Both the position numbers and the translations under genes were made by a program. A stretch of DNA of 32,000 bases from Candidatus Electrothrix sp. GW3-4 (lineage in GTDB: Bacteria; Desulfobacterota; Desulfobulbia; Desulfobulbales; Desulfobulbaceae). Position 1 is the first letter of the stretch. Every line of letters begins with the position of its first letter. The notes beneath the pieces were generated by a model, which was given only the letters and a program-made list of their open reading frames with translations, did not search any database and was not told where the DNA came from. Positions 1 to 8,875 of this stretch are shown here, one piece after another. The stretch lies in the NCBI RefSeq assembly GCF_037902255.1, contig NZ_CP147990.1, positions 4,470,001 through 4,502,000 of the forward strand, read 5' to 3'.

Positions 1-148
1 TATAAGTGCGACAGAAACAAAGCTTACCAACACTTATTGAGAAGTTACTCACCTTTATCTTCCAATATTCTTAATATGTTCGTAGCATTGCGCAACAAAC
101 ACTCCACAACGTATTCGCAAGTCAATGACGATATTTAATGTGTAACTG

Positions 149-1081
149 TTAGTAACGACACCATAACTTAGTTAACCTTCTCCTCAATGCTAAACATACA
201 GAATACACAAAGCTAGCAAAATTACTCGGCAACATGAGAACAATAAACGTCATAAAATTGAACACATTATGTCTGAAAAGCCATTTTGCATGTATCTTCG
301 TACGGCACGCCTCCTTATTGAGCAAAAAACCTTTAATAAGACGCATACGCACATCGATTCCCAATCCAAATTTATCATAAACCTGGATATTCCGTTCTAA
401 AAGGGTTAAATTATCAACTGCTTGCTTTCTGCTTAGAGCGTTTCGTCCAGATTCACTACGATTCCACCTGTAGATAATTCGATTTACATACACCCCCTGA
501 ATTTCTTTGCCGAACACCCGTGTCCAGAAATCTACATCCTCCCTCTGACTAATAACAAGTCCTTCGTCATAACCGCCCACTTGTTTCCACGTAGATTTCC
601 TGCATGGTGACATACCAAGCATTATCCATTCCGACAAACAAGCCCGATAATTCATCTGTCTATTGTCGTTGCAGACAACCGAGCAATTGACATGTTCGTA
701 CTTACCGTTATCATGAATTATTTCATAGTCACCGAATAGATACCCGACCCCATCATTTTGGGCAAAAGCTGACTTGACTTCAAAAACTGTTTCAGTAGGC
801 AATTCATCGTCACCATCCAACGGGATACAAATCTCGCCCACCATAGCCTGATACCCTGCATTACGAGCTGCAGCAGGTCCAAGGTTTTCAGGCAGCCATA
901 TAACCCGAACACCTTCTTGGGCCTCAAAATTCTTACAGATTTCAACGGTCTCATAGTGCTCTGAATAGTCCTTAACAATGAGAGTTTCAAAATCCTGATC
1001 AGTTTGGGAAGCCAAGCTCTCCATGGCTCGTTTAAGCTTAGCTCCCTCATTGAAACAGGTGATGATTACAGTAACTTTCAT
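149..1081 (-). CDS. family-2 (GT-A fold) glycosyltransferase
   Basis: ORF 149..1102. The N-terminus 'KVTVIITCFNEG..L..SLASQT', then 'NLGPAAARNAG' and 'PLDGDDELP' (DxD), follow the GT2 layout. The track start at 1102 is a TTG, so I use the ATG at 1081 (MKVTV...). Confidence 0.8.
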   Translation of the reverse strand: MKVTVIITCFNEGAKLKRAMESLASQTDQDFETLIVKDYSEHYETVEICKNFEAQEGVRVIWLPENLGPAAARNAGYQAMVGEICIPLDGDDELPTETVFEVKSAFAQNDGVGYLFGDYEIIHDNGKYEHVNCSVVCNDNRQMNYRACLSEWIMLGMSPCRKSTWKQVGGYDEGLVISQREDVDFWTRVFGKEIQGVYVNRIIYRWNRSESGRNALSRKQAVDNLTLLERNIQVYDKFGLGIDVRMRLIKGFLLNKEACRTKIHAKWLFRHNVFNFMTFIVLMLPSNFASFVYSVCLALRRRLTKLWCRY

Positions 1082-1126
1082 ATTTAGTGCCTTACCCCTC
1101 AACTCCTGCTATAAAAAACAAGAAAA

Positions 1127-2737
1127 TCAAGCGGCGATTTTTAAAAGATTTTCAATGGATGCCGCTAACAACGCATTCAGGGCATTGGTCAACCGCATCC
1201 CCCTGGTGGTCACCTGATATCTATTCTGCCGGGGAAGTTTTCGGATAATTCCGTGACTTCTCAACAGTCGAAGGTGACGACTTATTTTGGCTGATAACTG
1301 TTTGTCCGTGCGACTGGAGCCAAAAGGAGTACTCGACAACCGCTCCCGAAGCATTTTGTTGGTTAGACCGGAAACCATGTATGCGGGATCGGACAAAGCA
1401 AGAAGTAGCTCCTGGTCCTTACCGACCGGATCAAGGCCACGAAAACGACGACCGTTTTTCGTTATATGAACAGTCAAATCGTCAAGAAACGAACGAATCG
1501 GAGTCTTCTCCTCCAGCGTCGCAAGATCCTCCATAAAGCGATTGTTGACATCCTGAGAAACCGATGCCCGCAACGGTATATCCATTACGCCTTTGCGCAT
1601 GGGCAATCGTTGCTTCGGTTCGTTTTCATCCTGACCCTGTTTGTGGCGAAATACTTTAAATTTTCTGGGATCATTGATGGTTGTTTCCACTCGGACATTA
1701 TTCTGCTCATTGTACAATTTAACAGAATTCTTATCATTCCAGTGGCGAATACACATACCGTCGTTGAAATCCGTGAGGCGAGTCATAACAGTATCATGAG
1801 AACGGCCATCAGGGCGACCGGCTTTGGTCAGAGGTCGATCAAGATAACGCAGGACGCGAGTGCTTGTCCCGATTATATGGGCGTGCCGCAACAAAGTATC
1901 CATACGATCTTTTATGGAATCGGGGTTGTAGAAAATAAGATCCGTGGCCCATTCGCTCTGCCATAAGGTCCAATAATACGAAAAATGTGGTCCGAGAATA
2001 TCTTCCATTCCGGGAAAAACTCGTTGCGTAAAGCCGTCAAGTATACCTGTAAAACGGATGTTCAGCTGTTGGTCGAGCAGTTGTTGCGCTTTTTGGTAAT
2101 CGGCAATATGGAGAAACTTGTTTCCGTGAACATGAAAGTCAATACCTTCCTGTTCAAGTCCCCGGCGCAGCCATTTACGACCGTTGAGGCACATCTGGAT
2201 ATGGTAGGGAAACCAGGTCTGCAACCGTATGTTCATAAAACCGAACTCTCTGTCATCAAAGTAAAAATACAGATGCTTACATTGGGTTTGATAATTTTTG
2301 ATTTGCGGGAAACCCGCCTGTTTGCAATACACAGCCCGGTAAGATGAGGCACTTTCCATACAGGACCAGACGCCGATCAGTCCGGTTTTAATCTGTTCCT
2401 GCTGTTGGCGTTTATGGGCAAGTTCTTCTTTTCGAATACGCCATGTCGGAATCTTGATAATGGGAGATCCACAGTTATCACGGGCATATTGGTCCGCAGT
2501 GTTGACTATCTCTCTTGTTTGGGCAATCATCCAGTTTTTATAGTCTTTGTTGAGTACGCCTTTAAAACTGAGAAAGCTCATTACCTGGGAGGCGGACATC
2601 AGGGGCAGAAGCCATCCTTTGAAAACAATACGATCAAATTCTGAGAGTACGCCCTTGACTGAACTGGAGAACCTGTCTATTAATGCTTTCATGAGTCGTT
2701 CCTTTTTGTATCTGGAAAGTTGTTGGGATACTTTCAT
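1127..2737 (-). CDS. uncharacterised 536-aa protein with a basic winged-helix-like C-terminus
   Basis: Long uninterrupted ORF packed 24 nt and 56 nt from its neighbours. I can name no catalytic motif. The C-terminal segment 'ISRHLRLLRSHGIIRKLPRQNRYQVTTRGMRL' looks like a recognition helix plus wing. An alternative start at the ATG at 2692 (MKALIDRF) has a better AAGGAA spacing than 2737. Confidence 0.6.
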   Translation of the reverse strand: MKVSQQLSRYKKERLMKALIDRFSSSVKGVLSEFDRIVFKGWLLPLMSASQVMSFLSFKGVLNKDYKNWMIAQTREIVNTADQYARDNCGSPIIKIPTWRIRKEELAHKRQQQEQIKTGLIGVWSCMESASSYRAVYCKQAGFPQIKNYQTQCKHLYFYFDDREFGFMNIRLQTWFPYHIQMCLNGRKWLRRGLEQEGIDFHVHGNKFLHIADYQKAQQLLDQQLNIRFTGILDGFTQRVFPGMEDILGPHFSYYWTLWQSEWATDLIFYNPDSIKDRMDTLLRHAHIIGTSTRVLRYLDRPLTKAGRPDGRSHDTVMTRLTDFNDGMCIRHWNDKNSVKLYNEQNNVRVETTINDPRKFKVFRHKQGQDENEPKQRLPMRKGVMDIPLRASVSQDVNNRFMEDLATLEEKTPIRSFLDDLTVHITKNGRRFRGLDPVGKDQELLLALSDPAYMVSGLTNKMLRERLSSTPFGSSRTDKQLSAKISRHLRLLRSHGIIRKLPRQNRYQVTTRGMRLTNALNALLAASIENLLKIAA

Positions 2738-2793
2738 TTTACATGAGGAACGGCTCTACTTCTACAGTCATTGGGTTGCGGGCAAAGCCCGCG

Positions 2794-3651
2794 TTAGAAC
2801 TTAAAGGACTCCTTGCTTCTCATTACCATCCTATAGACTTTATGCAAGTTATTGATTGGATATCGTTTGATTCGAGACATAACGATATGATTTGAAAGAC
2901 TCTTTAAGACAGTTTCAAGTTCTTGCTGAATGCACAGCACCTTATCTTGCGGTGCCACGGTCAAGTTATTACATGCAAGCTCAAAAAAATGTCTTTTGCT
3001 TAATGAACGAGGACTTCGTTTAAGCTCCATACTTGAGAGATAGTCGTGAAACTTAAACTCTCCCCCCTCTATTTTAGACGAAGGGGTCAGCCAGCATACG
3101 GGAATTGCGAATGCATCCGCGACGATCATTCCATGTAGTGAGGATGTGGCAATTGCCTTGCATAATGTGATAGAAGCAATTACATTTTTACAATGGTCAC
3201 GAACGTCGATTAACGACACTCTACTTAATGAATCCTTCATGTTTTTAATGATATACTGGTAATCTTCTATCTCAGTATAATGTGGTACGATGCCAAGTTC
3301 ATAAATAGGTTCACGGCCTTTGTATTGGCTGTATACTCTAGAAACAAGTAATCCGGGGTCACCTAAGACCGAACAGCCAGCATTTGTCACACGGTCTTGA
3401 GTTAAACGCCCCCTCAATGCCAACACCTTAGCATTACGAGCATCAAAGCATTGATCTGCTGAAATCAGTCCACTACCATAGACTAAGCCCCGGAACTTCG
3501 GCCCTAGGCACCCCAATATACTACCAATTCCTGATATATCAGAATCAATAGGACGTGCTAGGTGTGAATCAAATCCATAGTGTTTGAGTATGGGGATATT
3601 GAGTTGGTCACCAAAGTTATCCTCGTTGCAATAATATAAGGCTACCTTCAT
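2794..3651 (-). CDS. polysaccharide pyruvyl transferase family protein
   Basis: The N-terminus 'MKVALYYCNEDNFGDQLNIPIL' (xNxGDxL motif) and the overall size are typical of CsaB/WcaK-type pyruvyl transferases. It lies in a glycan locus. Confidence 0.7.
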   Translation of the reverse strand: MKVALYYCNEDNFGDQLNIPILKHYGFDSHLARPIDSDISGIGSILGCLGPKFRGLVYGSGLISADQCFDARNAKVLALRGRLTQDRVTNAGCSVLGDPGLLVSRVYSQYKGREPIYELGIVPHYTEIEDYQYIIKNMKDSLSRVSLIDVRDHCKNVIASITLCKAIATSSLHGMIVADAFAIPVCWLTPSSKIEGGEFKFHDYLSSMELKRSPRSLSKRHFFELACNNLTVAPQDKVLCIQQELETVLKSLSNHIVMSRIKRYPINNLHKVYRMVMRSKESFKF

Positions 3652-3872
3652 TGTATTCTTACCTATCGGTCATTTAGTATGATCTCATAGCGTTAGATAA
3701 ACGATAACTGCACGTCGCATAGCGATATTTTACTTCAGGAGGGTACTTATGAGTGGCTGAGACCAGATGACTATAAAAACATGAATACTCTCGAAAGAGC
3801 TCTGGATGATATATTGACCAGATTCGGACGAGATTATTTCATTAATTTTAGAGACCCTGAAGTGTCGATTAT

Positions 3873-4475
3873 TTAAGGGTGACTACTTATCTGTGTACCA
3901 GGGTCTCTACTAAACTTATAAATTAACTGCGTTCTCCACCCTTCTATATGATAGCATCGGTAACCAGCAGACTCAAAAACCTTAATTAACTCTGAGGAGC
4001 TATAATCATTAACCCAACCCTCAGATCTACGACTCGACTTATTGGATTCCAATATTGCATATGATGCTATTATTGCATCAACATAGTTAGACAAATAGGA
4101 TATTAACCGTGGCACATTATGTATGTACTCCAACACTCCGCTGAATACCGCAAAATCATACCTTTGAATTTGGGGAAGATCATTATTCAGGTCACATATA
4201 ACGGTGTTCTGTCCCCTATCAACGAGATCGGAAGGGGTGTATATACACCCTTCTGGTAGGTATGATTTTAAAATAAGTCGTCCAGCACCAAATTCTATAA
4301 CAGAGGTATCGTCGTCAATAAGTTTCGATATTTGCTCTGTTCTTGAATCCCAATCCAGAAAAAGATTCTTCTCGTTTGACCATCTTTTGTAATCTGACGT
4401 ATTAGTCCTCTTTCTTAATGTAGTAAGAAGGATAGAACTAAACGAGCGAATCTTGCTAGTTGTTTTTCTAAGCAT
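3873..4475 (-). CDS. class I SAM-dependent methyltransferase
   Basis: Motif I-like 'VIEFGAGRLILKSYL', followed by an acidic post-I residue ('PSDLVD') and 'FAVFSGVLEYIHN' (motif III/IV region). Confidence 0.65.
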   Translation of the reverse strand: MLRKTTSKIRSFSSILLTTLRKRTNTSDYKRWSNEKNLFLDWDSRTEQISKLIDDDTSVIEFGAGRLILKSYLPEGCIYTPSDLVDRGQNTVICDLNNDLPQIQRYDFAVFSGVLEYIHNVPRLISYLSNYVDAIIASYAILESNKSSRRSEGWVNDYSSSELIKVFESAGYRCYHIEGWRTQLIYKFSRDPGTQISSHP

Positions 4476-4611
4476 GCGTAAGAAATCTCTTATAAATTAT
4501 AAAATTAGGTTTTAACAATATATTGTTTTGTATTAATAATCAAATTATACTCTATCCATTTTTTTAAAAAGGAATGAAATCTTTTAGTATACCTCAACTT
4601 TCTGAGTTGGC

Positions 4612-5137
4612 CTAACACACTGTTGTATCGAACTTAACTTTAGCTAACCTACGACTTGTTTGAAGCAAATCAATAGCGGTGCTCATGACGGAATCTACAA
4701 TGGCAAGTGCCACATCTTCGGCAACAACTCCTGCTGAACGAATTTTCTCAATGGATATTGTAATTATCCTCTGTAAAGAACTCAGAAAATCAATATTTTG
4801 CAATTCGCCACTGCAGGCATAAAAAAGGCTTCCAATAGTTCGTGGATCATCTTGGCATCGCTGCTCGAACGACAAAAAGATATAGCGGCTCATTACGATC
4901 GTGATATGTCCGATGAGGCCGTCGTAGTCACGGAGCTGAGCTTCTCGCTCAAGATTAAGATAGTGCTTCATCATCTTGAAAAATACCTCGATATCCCAAC
5001 GTTTCCCGTAAATGCGCACAATTTCTTCATCAGGTAGATCCACATCGGTGGACAGAATTGCGAGCCATTGGCGTTTTTTGTGACGATGCCGTACAAAAAC
5101 AATTTTAACAAGCTGTCCTTTTGGATGGTCACCCTGC
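4612..5137 (-). pseudogene. IS4-family DDE transposase, C-terminal fragment
   Basis: 'YGKRWDIEVFFKMMK' is the Y-x2-R-x3-E-x6-K signature of IS4-family transposases. The frame stays open upstream of the track ORF ('[39 protein letters not shown]') up to about 5137, where the IS1-family element begins. The N-terminal two thirds are missing. Confidence 0.75.
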
Positions 5138-6325
5138 TGAGTGTTGTTCGCCGACAGCGACAGTTGTGAACAGTTCTTTCAATATCCATCTATGATCAGT
5201 CAGTCCTGCGGCCATTGCGGGAGTCCGTTGTGTCCATTTGCGCACACCCCCGTCCTTGTTTTCCGACGCAGCGTTTTATGGGGACGGATCAGATTATAAT
5301 ACATGTCTTCTATAGCGGCGCATGCTTTATGTATCAAGATTTCCTTTGAAAAGGCGATGCTTTTTCTGGTCAAGCGACTGCTGAATGTGCGCATCGTCAG
5401 ATGAGTGCATTCGACATAAGCAGTACTTTTTCCAAGCAGTTCAATGAGTTCTTCCAAGTCTCCGTATACCGCCTTAAGCCGGATTCCGAGAAAATGGCCT
5501 TTATCATCCCGTTCTTTAATCATCTGCAGATACTTCCAGTCCGGCTGTGACCGTTTTTGGGTGGGAGGTCTGCCGCACCCAGAATATTTTGGAACTTTTC
5601 CATACACTTCCACCATAGCCTCCCGGATGCCTCCCCATCCGTCCGAGATAGTCGGAGGCGGTCCGTCTGGATGACCGTGTTCCTTCAGTTTCCAGAATAT
5701 CCCAATTGAAGCCTCCTTCTCTGTTTTGCCGAAACCACGCGCGGCACGCAGGCGGCTGTCCATATCCATCATGGTTGAACGAAAAAACTGTCCGCTTTCC
5801 TCTGTTTCAGGATATCCTTTTTTTTGCGCCTTCGAAGTCTTCGCTTATCTATTGCCGACGTACGACCACAGCCCATCAATCTGTCCCCGGCTGACATGGA
5901 ATTCGGACAGAAGAATATCTTCAATAGCTTCAGTGTGTTCCGTAGCATCACGTAGCCATACAGAAACCGTATCCTCCTTATGTCCTTTCACACGGCTGAC
6001 GCTGCTGATCCGCGAACCTTCCGCGATCATGGCGAGACATTCGAGGATTTCTTTTTCATCCGTGCGGCGACGGTAGAAAATAGTGCCCCGTGTCTCCGTA
6101 AAAGTTTTACCGCACCTCCGGCACTTATAACGCTGGCGCCCGGAGCGGGTGTGACCGAATTTTACAATATTGTTTCTGCTCTCCTGTACCTGTTCATAAT
6201 CAGGACAAACGGGATTCGGACAAAAAGTACCAACCTGTGCAAGCTTAGCCATCACTCCCTCCTTTCAGTAGTAAGTATTTCATATACTGAAAGATAAGCA
6301 TCCGAAAGGGTAATGGCAACACTCA
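5138..6325 (-). mobile_element. IS1-family insertion sequence nested in the IS4-family element (boundaries approximate)
   Basis: Contains an IS1-type transposase. TGAGTGTTG at 5138..5146 matches the reverse complement of 6317..6325, but only 9 nt are exact. Both IS4 reading-frame fragments stop exactly at these points. No target-site duplication is visible. Confidence 0.55.
5200..6255 (-). pseudogene. IS1-family transposase interrupted by an in-frame TAA and a C-terminal frameshift
   Basis: The N-terminus has a zinc-finger-like 'CPNPVCPDY...YKCRRCGKTF' followed by an HTH region. ORFs 5845..6255 and 5200..5772 are in the same frame, separated by a single TAA (5845..5847). The conserved C-terminal '[19 protein letters not shown]' is readable only in a different frame from about 5265 onward. 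Confidence 0.75.
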
Positions 6326-6600
6326 AGAGGGCGACCACCCGATCTTGAAATTTTCCTTAAAGGAAGAAATTCGGTTTTCTAATCGTTTTGCCTCTTGTTG
6401 CGCCCGGTGTTTTTCGGTAATATCCATTTGAGCCTCTCTTTTTTGATTTTATTGAATTTTTTGTCGAATCCAATATACCAAAAACAGAGAGGCTTTTCAC
6501 TGTAATGATCAGTTATTTAAAGATATTAAACCGTTTTTTGGGCTTCAGCTAATTCAAGTCAGAAAGTTGAGTTATACGAATTCAGGATAGATCATCTCCG

Positions 6601-8439
6601 TCAACTTGTATGAGCCATTTTCCTGAATCCGCTATGGGTGTTGATCAGTTCCTCGTAGGTACCACTCATCTCAATTCGTCCGTTCTTCATAAAATAAAGA
6701 GTATCAACGTGTTGAACCGTGGTAAGCCGATGAGCAATCATGATGATGGTTTTATCCCCCCGAAGCTGGTGGATGGCACTGACAACGGCTTTTTCCGTGG
6801 CATTGTCCAAGGCAGAGGTGGCCTCATCCATGATCAGGATATCCGGGTTGTGGTACAGGGCTCGGGCAATGCCGATGCGCTGGCGCTGGCCCCCGGAGAG
6901 CTTGACACCTCCCTCCCCGATAATAGTGTCCAGGCCCTGGGGAAGAGTCTGGACAAAAGACACCATTTGAGCCGCCCTGAGGGCTGCGGCCACCTGATTT
7001 TCATCAATCCGACCGTCATCAATGCCAAGGGCAATATTGCGGCGGATGGTATCGTCTGTAAGGTAAATGAACTGGGGGATATAGCCGATATTGGTCTGCC
7101 AACTAGCCAGATTTGCTTGAATGTTGCGGTTGTCTGCGGTAATGCAGCCGGATTCGGGCTCCAGCAGGCCCAGAATAATGTCCACCAAGGTGGTTTTACC
7201 GGATCCGGTTTGGCCCACCAAGGCGACGCACCGGCCTTTGGGCAGGCAGAGGTCAATATTTTTCAGGGCGTATTCCTCGCAGTTTGGATACCGGTAATTG
7301 ACGTTTTCCACCCGGATATCGGTTGAAAAATGCAGTGGCTGAAGGGCACTGGTGGTTGCAAGGGATACTTTTTCGCTGCTGTGCTCCAAAAGCTTCAGGT
7401 CGTTATAGACCGGGTCAATGCTGACCAGACCAAACCGGATCTGGTTCACAGCGTTGACAATCTGGCTGATATTGGCCTTGAGCTTGACAAAAGATACCGC
7501 AAACAGGGCCAGGGTAGGGGCAACAGTTTCGGGTTTTGCCTCTGTGAGCAGCAGCAGGATGGTGATAGACAACAGGCCAAACACAGCCACAAATTCCATG
7601 TAGGGAGCAGTGATCCTGCTTGTCACTGCCTGGAAGCGTCCGGCTTTAATGGTTTTCCACATGCTACGCTCCAGGGCCTGTATAAAATTTTTCTCCCGCC
7701 GCAGAATGCGCAATTCCTTGATCACCCCCAGACCCTGCTGTATGGACTGGATCAAGAGTTTTCTGTGCTGCTGAGCAATGCGGCTGTAAGCAATGAGCTT
7801 TTTTTTGACCATCCACTGAAATCCCCCGCCAGCGATGCCCAAAAGCAAAGTGGCCACAAGTGCCATGACCGGCTGAACTGCAAATAGCATCACCAGAACG
7901 GTGGTCATGATAACGACCTGCATGGTCAATATTAAAACGGGCATCAATACGTTACCTATGATTCCAGAGACCTCTTGTGTGGTGTTGCGGAAAAGCTCGG
8001 ATGAATTGTGCTGAATGTGAAACTGATAGGGTGCTGTCATATACGCAGTAAATAGCCAGCGAGTGAGGCGGAAACTCCGGTTTTGTACAAACTTGATCTG
8101 AAAATAGTACTGAAAGGATAAAAATGCGGTTTTGAGAAAAAAAACAACCAGCAGGCACAAACATCCCCAGAGAAGAAGGCTTCGCGTGTTCGTGATGCCC
8201 AGAAATTCGAGCACAGCTTTTGCCGGGGCATATTGCATGATTTTTTCCGGCTGTATGGCCGCACCGATAAACGCCGGAATGATGCCAATGCTGAAAGTTT
8301 CCAGCAGTGCGCCCGTGACCATGCCCAGAAAAAGACAAAGAAAAATGATCTTGTCCCGCCGGTTAAAGAGAAAGCGCAGGCGGTTTAAAGAGGCGATTAG
8401 GCCGTCTGTGGGCAACGGTTTTGTGTTTTTGGATTTCAT
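6601..8439 (-). CDS. fused TMD-NBD ABC exporter (MsbA/PglK-like)
   Basis: N-terminal six-helix-type hydrophobic half, then Walker A 'GQTGSGKTT', the ABC signature 'LSGGQRQR' and Walker B 'ILIMDEATSALD'. Confidence 0.9.
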   Translation of the reverse strand: MKSKNTKPLPTDGLIASLNRLRFLFNRRDKIIFLCLFLGMVTGALLETFSIGIIPAFIGAAIQPEKIMQYAPAKAVLEFLGITNTRSLLLWGCLCLLVVFFLKTAFLSFQYYFQIKFVQNRSFRLTRWLFTAYMTAPYQFHIQHNSSELFRNTTQEVSGIIGNVLMPVLILTMQVVIMTTVLVMLFAVQPVMALVATLLLGIAGGGFQWMVKKKLIAYSRIAQQHRKLLIQSIQQGLGVIKELRILRREKNFIQALERSMWKTIKAGRFQAVTSRITAPYMEFVAVFGLLSITILLLLTEAKPETVAPTLALFAVSFVKLKANISQIVNAVNQIRFGLVSIDPVYNDLKLLEHSSEKVSLATTSALQPLHFSTDIRVENVNYRYPNCEEYALKNIDLCLPKGRCVALVGQTGSGKTTLVDIILGLLEPESGCITADNRNIQANLASWQTNIGYIPQFIYLTDDTIRRNIALGIDDGRIDENQVAAALRAAQMVSFVQTLPQGLDTIIGEGGVKLSGGQRQRIGIARALYHNPDILIMDEATSALDNATEKAVVSAIHQLRGDKTIIMIAHRLTTVQHVDTLYFMKNGRIEMSGTYEELINTHSGFRKMAHTS

Positions 8440-8786
8440 ATATAAAAGGTGTCAGATGTCTGGGTAAAGCATTCGGAGAAGTAGTTCCACATTAAAATAC
8501 CGGCAAGATAGAACAGCTGCTGTGGAATACCGTCCGTCGAAAGCTTCGCAATATTCCCGAACACCACCATATAAATAAGGGTCATCATAATCGGTTGTAT
8601 GAAAAACCAGATCGGGCCCAAGATCGTCTGCTTGTAGACTGTAACAATATCCCGCCTGACAAGCATGTAGAGTAAGTCACGATGGTCCCATAACTCTCTC
8701 AGGTTAATATCCAGCACGTGGCGTTTGGGACGGACGATAATATCCCAGGAATCGTGAAGAGATGTATTCTGATCAGAAAGTTGCAT
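8436..8786 (-). pseudogene. ABC-2 type (Wzm/TagG/KpsM-like) permease, N-terminal 116-aa remnant
   Basis: 'LRELWDHRDLLYMLVRRDIVTVYKQTILGPIWFFIQPIMMTLIYMVVFG...GIPQQLFYLAGILMWNYF' matches the first third or so of ABC-2 polysaccharide-export permeases (normally about 260-280 aa). The ORF ends in an ATGA overlap with the next gene, and no continuation is visible in any frame. Confidence 0.55.
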
Positions 8787-8875
8787 GATACTTATTTGAT
8801 TATATAATATTTGTTCTCATTGTAGAATGAAGTTACAAAGAGTAACATCTGTATCGCCAAAAATTCGCAACAAGC

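Larger units (their letters stand above)
4587..6577 (-). mobile_element. IS4-family insertion sequence remnant (ends intact, interior disrupted)
   Basis: Terminal inverted repeat, 18/19 identical: 4587..4605 GTATACCTCAACTTTCTGA versus the reverse complement of 6559..6577, GTATAACTCAACTTTCTGA. Inside are a C-terminal transposase fragment and, at the other end, a 34-codon 5' stub (ATG at 6427, MDITEKHRAQQEAKRLENRISSFKENFKIGWSPS) that ends in a TGA at the proposed IS1 boundary. Confidence 0.6.

Noticed and set aside
1103-2793. Terminal inverted repeats or target duplications that would make the 536-aa gene an insertion sequence
   Set aside because: I compared the 24-nt and 56-nt flanks by eye and found no inverted or direct repeat. 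There is only a small GCGGG/CCCGC hairpin at 2779..2791, so a mobile-element call is not supported.
1287-2804. Series of plus-strand ORFs (60-166 aa) opposite the 536-aa gene
   Set aside because: They are fragmented across several frames and antisense to one long uninterrupted ORF, so they are best explained as shadow ORFs.
3781-3876. 31-aa plus-strand mini-ORF (MNTLERALDDILTRFGRDYFINFRDPEVSII) in the gap between the pyruvyl transferase and methyltransferase genes
   Set aside because: It is too short to evaluate. It may be a relic of a deleted gene, but nothing in the sequence supports a call.
5818-5825. A8 run (coding strand) as an IS1-style programmed -1 frameshift site
   Set aside because: The two transposase ORFs are in the same frame and separated by a TAA, so a frameshift at the A-run would break rather than join them.
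6610-7326. 238-aa plus-strand ORF, plus other ORFs antisense to or overlapping the ABC exporter (6740..6970, 6834..7256, 7330..7887, 7952..8338)
   Set aside because: All overlap the ABC exporter frame, which carries Walker A/B and the LSGGQ motif. None has a motif of its own.
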